Source of the DNA: Mobula hypostoma
Taxonomy: Eukaryota
DNA length: 64,000 nt
Direction: 5' to 3'
Assembly: GCF_963921235.1 (NCBI RefSeq)
Contig: NC_086108.1
Location: 14,508,001 to 14,572,000 of the forward strand
The notes below the pieces were generated by a model. That model saw only the letters and a program-made list of their open reading frames with translations, did not search any database and had not been told where the DNA came from. A program made the position numbers and the translations under genes. Positions 38,208-50,343 of the stretch are shown piece by piece (position 1 is the stretch's first letter; every line of letters begins with the position of its first letter).

Positions 38208-40428
38208 CCACGCTCTGCTCTCCACTCCCTCCGCATTAATCCTAACCTTACTATAAAACCCGCCGATAAGGGGGGTGCTGTTGTAGTCTGGCATACTGAC
38301 CTCTACCTTGCCGAGGCACAGCGACAACTTGCGGATACCTCGTCTTATTTACTCCTCGATCGTGACCCCACTAAGGAGCACCAGGCCATGGTCTCCCACA
38401 CCATCACCGACTTTATCCGCTCAGGGGATCTCCCATCCACTGCTACCAACCTTATAGTTCCCACACCTCGCACTTCCCGTTTCTACCTCCTACCCAAGAT
38501 CCACAAATCTGCCTGTCCTGGCAGACCTATTGTCTCAGCTTGCTCCTGCCCCACCGAACTCATTTCTGCATACCTCGACGCGGTTTTATCCCCCCTTGTT
38601 CAATCCCTTCCTACCTATGTTCATGACACTTCTCACGCTCTTAAACTTTTCGATGATTTTAAGTTCCCTGGCCCCCACCGCTTTATTTTCACCATGGATG
38701 TCCAGTCCCTGTATACTTCCATCCCCCATCAGGAAGGTCTCAAAGCTCTACGCTTCTTTTTGGATTCCAGACCTAATCAGTTCCCCTCTACCACCACTCT
38801 GCTCCGTCTAGCGGAATTAGTCCTTACTCTTAATAATTTCTCCTTTGGTTCCTCCCACTTCCTCCAAACTAAAGGTGTAGCCATGGGCACCCGTATGGGT
38901 CCTGGCTATGCCTGCCTTTTTGTTGGCTTTGTGGAACAATCTATGTTCCGTGCCTATTCTGGTATCTGTCCCCCACTTTTCCTTACTACATCGACGACTG
39001 CATTGGCGCTGCTTCCTGCACGCATGCTGAGCTCGTTGACTTTATTAACTTTGCCTCCAACTTTCACCCTGCCCTCAAGTTTACCTGGTCCATTTCCGAC
39101 ACCTCCCTCCCCTTTCTAGATCTTTCTGTCTCTATCTCTGGAGACAGCTTATCCACTGATGTCTACTATAAGCCTACTGACTCTCACAGCTATCTGGACT
39201 ATTCCTCTTCTCACCCTATCTCTTGCAAAAATGCCATCCCCTTCTCGCAATTCCTCCGTTTCTGCCGCATCTGCTCTCAGGATGATGACAAGGGAGATGT
39301 CCTTTTTTAAAGAAAGGGGCTTCCCTTCCTCCACTATCAACTCTGCTCTCAAACGCATCTCCCCCATTTCACGCACATCTGCTCTCACTCCATCCTCCCG
39401 CCGCCCCACTAACAATAGGGTTCCCCTGGTCCTCACCTACCACCCCACCAGCCTCCGGGTCCAACATATTATTCTCCGCAACTTCCGCCACTTCCAACGG
39501 GATCCCACCACTAAGCACATCTTTCCCTCCCTCCCTCTCTCTGCTTTCCACAGGGATCGCTCCCTACGCGACTCCCTTGTCCATTTGTCCCCCCCATCCC
39601 TCCCCACTGATCTCCCCCCTGGCACTTATCCGTGTAAGCGGAACAAGTGCTACACATGCCCCTACACTTCCTCCCTTACCACCATTCAGCGCCCCAGACA
39701 GTCCTTCCAGGTGAGGCGACACTTCATCTGTGAGTCAGCTGGGGTGATATACTGCGTCCGGTGCTCCCGATGTGGCCTTCTATGTATTGGCGAGACCTGA
39801 TGCAGACTGGGAGACCGCTTTGCTGAACACCTACGCTCTGTCCGCCAGAGAAAGCAGGATCTCCCAGTGGCCACACATTTTAATTCCACGTCCCATTCCC
39901 ATTCTGACATGTCCATCCACGGCCTCCTCTACTGTAAAGATGAAGCCACACTCAGGTTGGAGGAACAACACCTTATATTCCGTATGGGTAGCCTCCAACC
40001 TGACGGCATGAACATTGACTTCTCTAACTTCCGCTAGTGCCCCACCTCCCCCTAGTACCCCATCTGTTACTTATTTTTATACACACATTCTTTCTCTCTC
40101 TCTCCTTTTTCTCCCTCTGTCCCTCTGACTATACCCCTTACCCATCCTCTGTTTCCACCCCCCCCCGTCTTTCTCCCCGGATCTCCTGTCCCATGATCCT
40201 CTCATATCCCCTTTGCCAATCACCTGTCCAGCTCTTGGCTCCATCCCTCCCCCTCCTGTCTTCTCCTATCATTTTGGATCTCCCCCTCCCCCTCTCACTT
40301 TCAAATCTCTTACTAACTCTTCCTTCAGTTAGTCCTGACGAAGGGTCTCGGCCTGAAACGTCGACTGAAACTCTTCCAATAGATGCTGCCTGGCTTGCTG
40401 CGCTTACCAGCAGCTTTGATGTGTGTTG
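38208..40428 (+). mobile_element. 5'-truncated Penelope-like retroelement (RT + Cys linker + GIY-YIG; Neptune-like)
   Basis: FYLLPKIHK..PGRPIVS, MDVQSLYTSIP, GVAMGT, YIDD (38987-98, frameshifted), CKRNKCYTC and VIYCVRC..C..LCIGET*..RFAEH motifs. 14-bp TSD TTTGTCTTAACCAA at 38194-207 and 40429-42. Confidence 0.92.
40331..40366 (+). ncRNA. Minimal type I hammerhead ribozyme motif in the Penelope-like terminal repeat
   Basis: AGTCCTGACGAAGGGTCTCGGCCTGAAACGTCGACT. Confidence 0.8.
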
Positions 40429-41712
40429 TTTGTCTTAACCAATCTTTTTCTTTTCACATATCTGTAAAAGCTTTTACAGTCAGTTTTTATATTCCCTGCC
40501 AGTTTTCTCTCATAATCTTTTTTCCCCCTCCTAATTAAGCCCTTTGTCCTCCTCTGCTGGACTCTGAATTTCTCCCAGTCCTCAGGTGAGCCGCTTTTTC
40601 TGGCTAATTTGTAAGTTTCTGCTTTGGAATTGATACTATCCCTAATTTCCCTTGTCAGCCACGGGTGCACTACCTTCCCTGGTTTATTCTTTTGCCAAAC
40701 TTTTACCCGAATCTGCTCCTTTTATTCCTTCTCTTCCAATTGTATGAAAAGGTTTCTCATCAGATCCCTGGGTCCTACACTCCTCCACTAGGAAAGATCA
40801 ACTTTTCATGCACTTTCCATATGCTTTTGATATTTGATAGGTTTCACTGATATACCCCCTCACTTGCCTTATAAAGCCTCAGCATTACATCCTTGCTTTT
40901 ATATTCTGGACCTCTCAAAATTAATGCTAACATTGCATTTACCTTCCTTACCACTGACTCAACCTGCAAGATAACTTTTAGGGAATCCTGTACGAGGTTT
41001 TCCTAGTCCCTTTGCACTTCTGATTTCTGCACTTGCTCCCTGTTTAGAAAATACTCTATGCTTTTATTCCTACTACATAACCATACACTTCCCTACACTC
41101 AATTCCATCTGTCAGTTCTTTGCCCGTTCTCCTAATCTGTCTGAATCTTTCTGCAGACTCCTTTCTTCCTAAACACTACCTGCTCCTCCATCTATTTTCG
41201 TATTGCCCACAAACCTGGCAACAAAGCCATCAATTCCATCATCCATATAAAGTAAAAAGAAGCGGTCCCAACACAGACCCTTGTGGAACACCAGTAGTCA
41301 CGTACTGCCGGTCAGAAAAGGCTCCCTTTATTCCCACTCTTTGCCTCCTGCCAATCAGCCAATCTTCCATCCATGCTAGTATCTTTCATATGATACCATA
41401 AGTTCTTGTCTTGTATAGCAGCCTCACGTGTGGTACCTTGTCAAAGGCCTTCCGAACATTCAAGTAAACAATATCCACTAACTCTCCTTTGTCTATTCTG
41501 CCTGTTATTTCATCCAGCAGATTTATCAGACAAGATTTTCTCTTATGGAAAGCAAGCCTATCCAACCTCTCTCTATAACTCAAGCCCCCCCCCCCCCCAC
41601 TGAGTCCTAGCAGCATCTTCATAAATCTTCTCTGCACTCTTTCCAGTTTGGTGTCTTTCCTTTAACAGGACGACCAAAACTGCACACCAATACTCCAATT
41701 CATTAACACAGG

Positions 41713-42355
41713 TGTAAGGGGTTCTTCTTTCATGTTACTTGCTAAGGCTAATAAAGTGGCTTCTCTGCAGTGTTATAATAAAATGGCTTCTCTGTAATGT
41801 TAACTGCTGAGGTAAGGAGTTCTCTGTAGCAGCATGTTTGGGTTATAATTAGTAATAATGGGACTTGTATTCATTTGCTAACCAATTGGGACAGATGTTA
41901 TTCTTTCTTGTGTGTCTGTAAGCTGTTGTTTGCACAGGATTTGGCCAGAACGCGCCATGGGGATGAAGAGAGAAGGCGTACATGAAGAGAAGCTGTGAAC
42001 TGGCTTGCGGAGTGGACCCCGAGCAGGGGCTCAGGACCCGGCGGAGTTCGGAGGAGATCGAATGGTGGAAAGTGGATATTGCGTGAACTCCACGAATTAT
42101 TTGTGCACAGACTGAATAAAGATATAGTGGCACCTTTTTATTTTGTATTTTGGTTCTCTACTAACCCCATAGTTCAAGTAAGAGTTATAAAATCTTAATT
42201 ATTTCACCGCATCATGTGTACAGCTTGTCATTACGGGGTACTGGTTTAAAACAGGGGACACATCGCACAGCATTCACTCAAACGTGAGTTCTAAGGTTTG
42301 GCTGGGCAGGGGATATCACCCCTCGATCATATCGCTAGACTAAGCGAGGGTTGCA
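41713..42355 (+). mobile_element. 5' LTR of a Gypsy-type retrotransposon
   Basis: TGTAA...TTGCA ends, AATAAA at 42115-20, followed by a primer-binding site (PBS). Confidence 0.85.
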
Positions 42356-42358
42356 ATG

Positions 42359-42377
42359 TGGGGGCTCGTCCGTGGAT
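42359..42377 (+). promoter_or_regulatory. Primer-binding site (tRNA-Pro)
   Basis: TGGGGGCTCGTCCG(T)GGAT is complementary to the tRNA-Pro 3' end and lies 3 nt after the LTR. Confidence 0.85.
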
Positions 42378-44757
42378 TTGATTCTGTGGAAGGCTGTGTG
42401 ATCGCCCTGTTTAAATCAGTGCTGCTGTGTCTCTGTGGGATTGCGGTTAGTAACGTGTGTCTCTGTGGGATTGCGGTTAGTAACGTGTGCCTCTGTGGGA
42501 TTGCGGTTAGTAACGTGTGTCTCTGTGGGATTGTGGTTAGTAACGTGTGTCTCTGTGGGATTGCGGTTAGTAATGTGTGTCTCTGTGGGATTGTGGTTAG
42601 GAACGGGTTCAGTGGGGTGGATATTCGTACCCAGGAGGAATTGTTCATTCGATTTCGGAGTTTTGGTAAAGCTGAGGGCGAAGTTGAAAGTGTGGCGCGA
42701 AGGTCTGATAAAATGGCGGGCTCATTCTTTGTCCTAGATCTGACTAGCACTGACATCATGGTAGTGGGACTCCCAGTGTCTGTTGGTGAGGTGGGGTCAT
42801 GGGCTGTCCATACTGTCAGGAGTGAGAGTAAAGAGTGGGCAGAACAAACGTCTTAGTTGTTGGTGAGTGGCAGTGCTCGGCTGAGGAAAAGCGACAGGAA
42901 TTGGTTGGAAGTTTGGATAGGCGGGCTGCTGACATTGTTCGAACTGTCTGGTTTAATTACCCCACAGTGACAGCTGCCAGTTATCTGTAAGCGCAGGACA
43001 AGGCGTTTGGTTCGACTGGGAGCAAAATACAGCTAAATTGGTTGCGGTGCCGGGGGAGGGGGGGTGGTCAGTCAGGCGGCTGAGGTGGATCAGGTAGCCC
43101 CTCCCTCATTTGTTCAGCTGATCAGAGAGGAGATTCAGTTGGGGAACTGCCTGGTGTCTCTTGGGGGAACACATTCCCAGTGGTGTACCAAGGAACTCCT
43201 GAAAGATAAAGACCCTATTTCTGAAGGCCCAGTGGGGCTGCTCTCCAGTGGGTCGTTACGGAGGGTTGGAAGCTATGCTAAAGCCATACTCGGCACCAAG
43301 TCGCAGGTCAAGTTGTTGTACAGTTCGTTTTACAGCTGGTTTCTGAAGCACTTACCCTTGACAATATTCAGGGAACTGGAGATTTGGGGTACCTGTGCTG
43401 GTGATTATCCAGATGACGGTTATTGGTCAGTGAAACTGGAGTTCTCGGAGGCCAATGTGGGGGTCTCTGAGGGTCGTGAATCGTTAGTGCTGATGTGTCT
43501 GGACACTGTTGCGACGGGCAGCATTTCGATTCTGGAGGGGACCAACACCCCGCTGGTGAGGAGGCGCATGGGGGCCTGCCAGGAGAAGGTGGGCGAGAGC
43601 TGTTTTGGGGGCATTGTCTGTGCACCCTGTGTTTTGAGCTGATTGTGAGGACGTGTGTAGCAGCATTGGGCCTGTGCCAAATTTAAATGAGAGCTGATGC
43701 TGGTACGGCCCGGGGCAAGTATCTGAGGGTGAGGCCCTCTTACTGGACACTCCGAAATACCACGGGGGGGGGGGTGGGGGTGCAGGGGAGTTGACCACTG
43801 AAGACACCTTGGTGAGAGAGAGGTCACGGCGACTGGCCCCTGCAGACGTGGAGGACATAGGCAGCGTGTGTGTGGATTATAGGACTCTGAACAGGCGCAC
43901 TGTCCCTGACCAGTATGCGGTCCCGAGAGTCGAAGACGCACTGGTCTGTCTGAGTGGTGCAAAGTGGTTTAATGTGCTGGATCCGAGGAGATGATGTTGC
44001 CAGATGAGTGAGACCGACAAAGAGAAGATGGCCGTTATAGGTCCCCTGGGATTCTTCCAGTCCGAAAAGATGCCCCAGGGCATATTCGGAGCCCTTGCAA
44101 TCTTCCCGCGGGGCATGGGGAAGACGGTGGGGGATGTGGAATTGTTTGGAGTTTTGGTGTATTTGGATTTGCCTTGGAAGACGATGAAGTGAGGCGAGTG
44201 CGGGATCACAGACGACTAGGGGTTAAAGAAGTAAAACTTTCTCTGGGCACATGCCAGGTCTGGCGAAAGTCGCAGCTCGTGAGTGTTCTGCGTTCATTTG
44301 TGGAATTCTGTGGTTATTATTGGAGAAATTATCCAACGCACCAGTTGAATTTCCTGGTGTTGGAACAGACTGTGGTGGTGGGGGAGCTGAGTGACTGTCT
44401 CTACGGGATCAAGTTTGAAGTGGAGACAGAGAAACAGAATTCCAAGCAGAAACTGGAGAAATTGATCCAGAACAGGTTGGAAGACTTGCACATTGGGGAA
44501 GACAAAGGATGCTGTCTGACTAGGTCCAACAGAGAACGGAGAGCACAGAGAGGGGAGTCTGAATACAGTTCAGAGGAGGTGAAGCAATGGCGGACAGATC
44601 CCGGAAGAGGGGAGCAGAAGCTTGAAGGAGACCTAAGATGATCATTGACAGCCTAAATGAAATGGGAAAACTGGAAGTTGAACAGGAAGAAGTCATTAAG
44701 AAGAAAAAGCTGGAGCTAAGTTCAGGGACCACTAAACTGGAGGAGTCCAGGAAGTAC
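42378..44757 (+). pseudogene. Degenerate Gypsy gag-pro-RT internal region
   Basis: PNMA-like gag remnants (SFVQLIREE), protease remnant AILGTKSQV (cf. LDTGSQV), and RT remnants [36 protein letters not shown] and VYLD. Confidence 0.8.
42426..42600. repeat. 30-bp tandem repeat (~6 copies) in the gag 5' region
   Basis: Unit GTGTGTCTCTGTGGGATTGCGGTTAGTAAC, translating as (CLCGIAVSNV)n. Confidence 0.9.
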
Positions 44758-45404
44758 TACAACCCTCCCTTAGTCTAGCGGTATGATCGAGGGGTGATAT
44801 CCCCTGCCCAGCCAAACCTTAGAACTCTCGTTTGTGTGAATGCCGTGCAATGTGTCCCCTGTTTCAAATCAGTACCCCGTAATGACAAGCTGTACACATG
44901 ATGCGGTGAAATAATTAAGATTTTATAACACTTACTTGAACTATGGGGTTAGTAGAGAACCAAAATATAAAATAAAAAGGCGCCACTATATCTTTATTCA
45001 GTCTGTGCACAAATAATTAGTTGGAGCTCCTCACGCAATATCCACTTTCCACCATTCGATCTCCTCCGAACTCCGCCAGGTCCCCAGCCCCCGCTCGGGG
45101 TCCACTCCGCAAGCCAGCTCACAGCATCTCTTCATGTGCATCTTCTCTCTTCATCCCCATGGCGCGTTCTGGCCAAATCCTGCGCAAACAGCAGCTTTCA
45201 GATACACAGGAAAGAATAACATCTGTCCCAATTGGTTAGCAAGTGAATACAAGTCCCATTATTACTAATTATAACCCAAACATGCGGCTACAGAGAACCC
45301 CTTACCTCAGCAGTTAACATTACAGAGAAGCCATTTTATTATAACACTACTGAGAAGCCATTTTTTTAGCCTTAGCAAGTAACATGAAAGAAGAACCCCT
45401 TACA
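44758..45404 (-). mobile_element. Second full-length LTR of the same family, inverted
   Basis: Reverse complement of 41713-42355 end to end (TACAACCCTCCCTTAGTCTAG...AAGAAGAACCCCTTACA), with scattered substitutions. Confidence 0.9.
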
Positions 45405-47900
45405 CAAGAGATAATGCAAATACTGGAAATATTTGTGAAACACACATAAAATGCTGGAGGAACTCAGCAAGTGATGTAGCATCTATGGAGGGAAATAAAC
45501 AGTTGATGTTTCGGCCCACTGGATACAAAAGAAGCAGAAACCAAAATGAAAACAATGGTGGTGAGGGGCTGGAGGGGCAGGGGCAGGTAATAGGTGAGGC
45601 CAAGTGAGGGAGAAGATTGGAGGGGAGGGGGAACGGAACAAGAAGTTGGAAGAGGATAGGTAGAAGAGGTGAAGGGTTGAAGAAGGAATCTAGCAGGAGA
45701 ATGCAGTAGACTATTGAAGAAAAGGAAGGAGGAGGGAAGCCAGAGGGAGGCGAGAAGAGAATGGAGTGAGTGGGTAACCAGACGAGGAATAAAATAAAGG
45801 GAGAAGAAGGGAAGAGAGAAAATTACCGCAAATTAGATAAATCGATGTTCATGCCATCGACTAAGAGGCTACCCAGATGGAATATGAGGTGCTGCTCCTC
45901 CAACCTGAGTTTGGCCTAATTGTGGCAGTATAGGAGACCATGGGCAGACATGTTAAAATGGAAATGGGTTGCCACTGGGAGATCCTACTTTTTGCAAATG
46001 ACAGAGTGAAAGTGCGTGACAAAGCGGTCCCCAATCTACATCATGTTTCACCAGTGAAGAGGGGGACACACCAGGTATAGTACAATATATGACCCTGTCA
46101 GTCTTGTAGGTGAGGGGTCACCTCACTTGGACAGACTGTTTGGAGCCCTGAATGGTGGTGAGGGGGGATGTGTAGGGGCAGGTATAGTACTTGTCATACT
46201 TGCAGGAACAAGTGCCAGGAGGGAGATCAGTGGGTAAGGGAGTCATGTGGAGAGCAATCTCTACAGAAAGCAGAGGGTGGGGCAGGTATGCTTCGTCGTG
46301 GGATGCTGTTGGAGATGCCGGAAGTTACAGAGGCTCGTGAGGTAGTAGGTCAGGATAAGGGGATCCCAATGCCTGGTAGGACAGTGGGAGAATGTGGTGA
46401 GTATAGATGAGCAGGAAATGGAGGAATTGTGAATGAGGGCGATGGAAGGGAAACCTATTCTTTGAAAAAGGAAGATACCTCAGATGTTCTGAAATGGAAA
46501 GCCTCGTCCTGAGAACAGATGCAGCAGAGAATGTGGAACTGAAAGAAGGTAATAGCAATTTTACAAGTGACAGGATGGAAAGAGGCATAGTCAGATAGCT
46601 GTGAGAGTCAATGGGTTTGCAAAAGATATCAGTAGATAGTCTTCCTCCAGAGATGGACACAGAGAGATCAAAAAAGGGGAGAGAGCTGTCAGAGATGCAG
46701 TTGTTTGTGTAGCAGTGAAAACGTTGGGGAGTGTTACCATTGTAGGCTTGGTACATGGACAAAGCCAATGAAACAGCAGGAAGAGCTACAGCCCATGTGA
46801 GTTCACATAGCTATACCTTGAGTTTGGAGAAAACGGGCGGAACTAAAAGAGAAATTTCTTACCCTCAACAATTTCTTTTTCAGTTCCACCAGACAGAGGA
46901 GGGTGGTGGTGGAGAGGAACCGGTCAACTCTGTTGTCCAGAAGGAAGTGGAGAGCTTTAAGGCATTCCTGATGGGGTATAGGAGTGTTTATGGACTGGAC
47001 ATTTGTAATGAAAATAAGGCAATCCTATCCAGGTAACTGAAAGTGGTTGAAGTGATAAAGTGTCACCAATGTAGGTAGAAAGTTACTAAACAAAGGGGGT
47101 CAAAATGGAGTCAAGGTGGTTTCAGTAGGGCAGGAACATACAGAAACAATGGGCCTACCAGTACAGTTAGGTTTGTTGGATTTTGGGTAGGAGGTATAAA
47201 CAAATAATGGTGAGGTTTGTGGCAGTGGATTGGAGATTATGGAGTCAATGAGACTGGTGACTATGAAGGCAAAAATGGCCTGATGCCCTCTTTAAGGGGT
47301 AGGTAGGGAGAAGGGCCTGAGAGATACCATCAGGACTTAGCAAGTTGGAGGTCAGTCCACCAGCAAGCCCCTTGTCAGTAGGTTTGATAGTGAGGTTGGA
47401 ATTGGTGTGAAGAGAGTGGAGGACAGTGTGTTCAGAGGACTTGAATAGGAGAGAGGAATGCTGGAGTCGAGAATTGATGTCTCATTGGCAGTTAGGAATG
47501 AAAAGCAGGGAGAAGGCCAGAGCAATGTGTCTAAGGACAGAAGGAGGGCTGAAGACAGGCGAAAGGGTCATTGGTGGGGCTGGGTAGTTTTTGTCAAAGA
47601 AGTAGGCTGGGAGCCGGAGGCAATGGGAAGAGAGCTCAGCATCATGGCGGGCATGGAATTCATTGAGTTCTGGGTACAGGGGGACAACGGTAAAGCTCTT
47701 GCTGAGGCCTTAGTGAGGGGAAGGTTGGACGGGATGGTGAAAGCATGGCAGCCTGAGACACGAGGGATGGTTGAATAAGAGAAGTGGTAGCACCAGCTGC
47801 AGTGAGAAAGATCCTGGCCTGTGGCCGAGGACAGAGCCAGGGGCTTCCAATACTGCAAGTGTGGTCTCATCAACATCTTATCTCTGTTCCAATTACAATT
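45405..47900 (-). mobile_element. Old decayed Penelope-like element
   Basis: LPFFDLSVSISGGRLSTDIFCKPIDSHSYL is homologous to the RT thumb at 39100-39200. The terminal repeat begins AACA|CAAGAGATAATGCA and is cut by the LTR element. Confidence 0.75.
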
Positions 47901-48895
47901 TTTTTGTTTCTTCTGACCTCAATGATCTGCAGTTTATATCTCCCCAGACAGAGACATGATTATTAATAAGCCTTCACTTCCCCTCTCTCAAATGGTACCA
48001 CCACCACTCTGCCAGCTTATCTCTCTTGGTCTCCATCCCATTCCTTTTGTTCTTTTCACTATTCCTTCTTCCCTGCAACTTAAAACAGATTGGATTTCCA
48101 AGTTCTACTAGTTCTGGTGAAAGGCTGTCAACCCGAAATGTTCTTAGTTTCACTCTCTGCTGATCTGATGAGTATTTCGGGTAATTAACAGTTTTATTCT
48201 TGTTAGAACATGACAAAAGACACAGAAGCAGGGGATAGTTACACCTCTAATTCTTCAAAACCTATGTGTGTGCCAGTTCAGTCTGCTCCACCTCTTCAGA
48301 ATCAGGTTTATTATCACCACCGTGTGTCATGAAACTTGTTAACTTAGCTGCAGTACGATGCAACTCCAGTACGATGCAATACATAATATAGATAGAAAAA
48401 AATAAATAAATCAGTTACATAAAATATATATATATTAAATAATTACATTAAAAATGGTGCAAAGCAGAAATAACATATATAGACAAAAAAGTGAGATAGT
48501 TCAATGCCCACTTAGGAATCATATGGCAGAGGGGAAGAAGTATCTTCGTGTATGCATCACCCAAAAGTCAATCAGCGTACTCCCTCTAGTGTAAACCTGT
48601 CATTCTCCAGGATGGGAGAACAATCTTGTGTACAAAATTCCACCTGGAGTCTCAGCAGAACACTATATAATAAAGAGCAAGATTCAAATCCTCTTGCAAA
48701 CAAGGCAGATGTTTGCTTTGTTTTCCTAATTGCTTGCTGTATCTGTTTGTACAAAGAACCATTGAAACACCAACAGCTTTAGAAGTCATACCATTTTAAA
48801 AAAAATCCTTTTTATTTCTTTCATCTAAAACAAATGATCTCAATTTTTTTTCACATTATATTTCACCATCTATTCACTTAACCTGCCCATATTCC

Positions 48896-48984
48896 AACAC
48901 ACACAAAATGCTGGAGGAACTCAGCAGGCCAGGCAGCATCTATGGAAAAAAGTACAGTCGATGTTTCAGGCCGAAACCCTTCGG
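48896..48984 (-). mobile_element. Penelope-like mini-insertion ending in a hammerhead core
   Basis: Flanked by CATATTCC/CATGTTCC. Sequence ends ...AGTCGATGTTTCAGGCCGAAACCCTTCGG. Confidence 0.7.
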
Positions 48985-49094
48985 CATGTTCCTGAAGCCT
49001 CTGCATCTTCTTCACAGCACACACTGCTAAGAACCATCAGCAAGAGTGTTGGAGCACACCTCCCCTAATCCCTGATATCCCTTCAATATCTTTG

Positions 49095-49715
49095 AGGATC
49101 TGACCTGGTCCCAATGTATCGATGCAGCTATAAAGTGTCTATAATTCATTAAGAGTTTGAGGAGGTTTGGATAGTCACCTAAAAACATTCAAATTTCCAC
49201 AGATGTACCATGGAGAGCATTCTGACAGGCTGCAACACTGTCTGATAACGGGGTGGCGGGGGGGGGGGCTACTGCACAGGATTATAAGAAGCTACAAAAA
49301 GTTGTAAAATTAGTCAGCTCCATCATGGGTACTAGTATCTAAGCCATCTTCAAGGAGCGGTTCCTCAGAAAGGCAGCGTCCATTATTAATGACCTCCATC
49401 ACCCAGGACCTTCCCTTTTCTCACTGTTACCATCAGGAAGAGGGAACAGAAGCCTGAGGACACACACTCAGCAATTCAGGAACAGCTTCTTCCCCTCTGC
49501 CATCTGATTTCGCAATGGACATTGAACCCATGAACACTACCTCAATTTTTTTTGTTGTTTTTGCAGTATTTTTAATTTAACTATTTAACATACATATATA
49601 TACTTACTGTAATTGATTTTTTTCCTATACTTATCATATGCTGCGTTTTAATGCTGCCGCTAAGTTAACAAATTTCACGACATATACCTGTGACATTAAA
49701 CCGGATGCTGATCCA
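49095..49715 (+). mobile_element. Rex1/Babar-like LINE 3' end
   Basis: Reverse-complement homolog of 23307-23830. Confidence 0.7.
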
Positions 49716-50343
49716 GATCACTGATTGGACTGTGAAGAGGTGCGGTCTCTGTACTGACCTTTGCAACACATGACAAGCCTTGCATTTGGAAAATAACTTA
49801 ATTCATATCTGTTTTATTTATCTCAGTTATCCAATCCTGAGTTTGCCCTAGTATATTACCCCAACATGATAATTACGCTTAATAATCCCATTGTAGCAAT
49901 TTATCAAAGACCTCTGAAAACCCAAGTGCAACATCCCAACTGCTTCACTCTAATTGTTCTGCAAGATACAGTCCTAGAAAGTTCCATCCAAACAACAAAG
50001 TGTGTTAATTCTGCCCAGGAGTCTCATCGCTTTGTTCATTGTTGATCCCAGCAATTTCCAAGCTACCGATGACAGTTTAATTGGTATACTTCCCCCTTTC
50101 TGGCTTCTTCTTAAAATTGTGGGGTTATTTAATTGTTTGCTTTTTTTTAGTCTGTGGGAACTGCCATAGTATTTATGAAGCCGTGGAAGATGATGGCCAG
50201 TACATCCATTCTCACCATGGTTACCTCTGACTCCTCCTTAGATAGGTCATTTAGTCCTGATTCTGTCTTAATTTCTTTAGCATTTCCTCAAGCTTCAATA
50301 TAGTTTCTCTTCTCACTCTGTAAAGAACTCACTATTAACTATT

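Larger units (their letters stand above)
36418..40690 (-). mobile_element. Relatively young 5'-truncated CR1 ORF2, split by a Penelope-like element
   Basis: Long ORF fragments with YLDFQKAFDKVPH, SGVPQGSVLGP and KSPGSDGLHP. The protein reads ...KRKRLVKT|NIGPLQ... across the insertion. Confidence 0.9.

Noticed and set aside
41713..45404. DIRS-type element as the explanation for the inverted termini
   Set aside because: It has TG..CA LTRs, a tRNA-Pro PBS, a protease remnant, Gypsy-like RT and a 4-bp near-TSD, and no tyrosine recombinase is visible.
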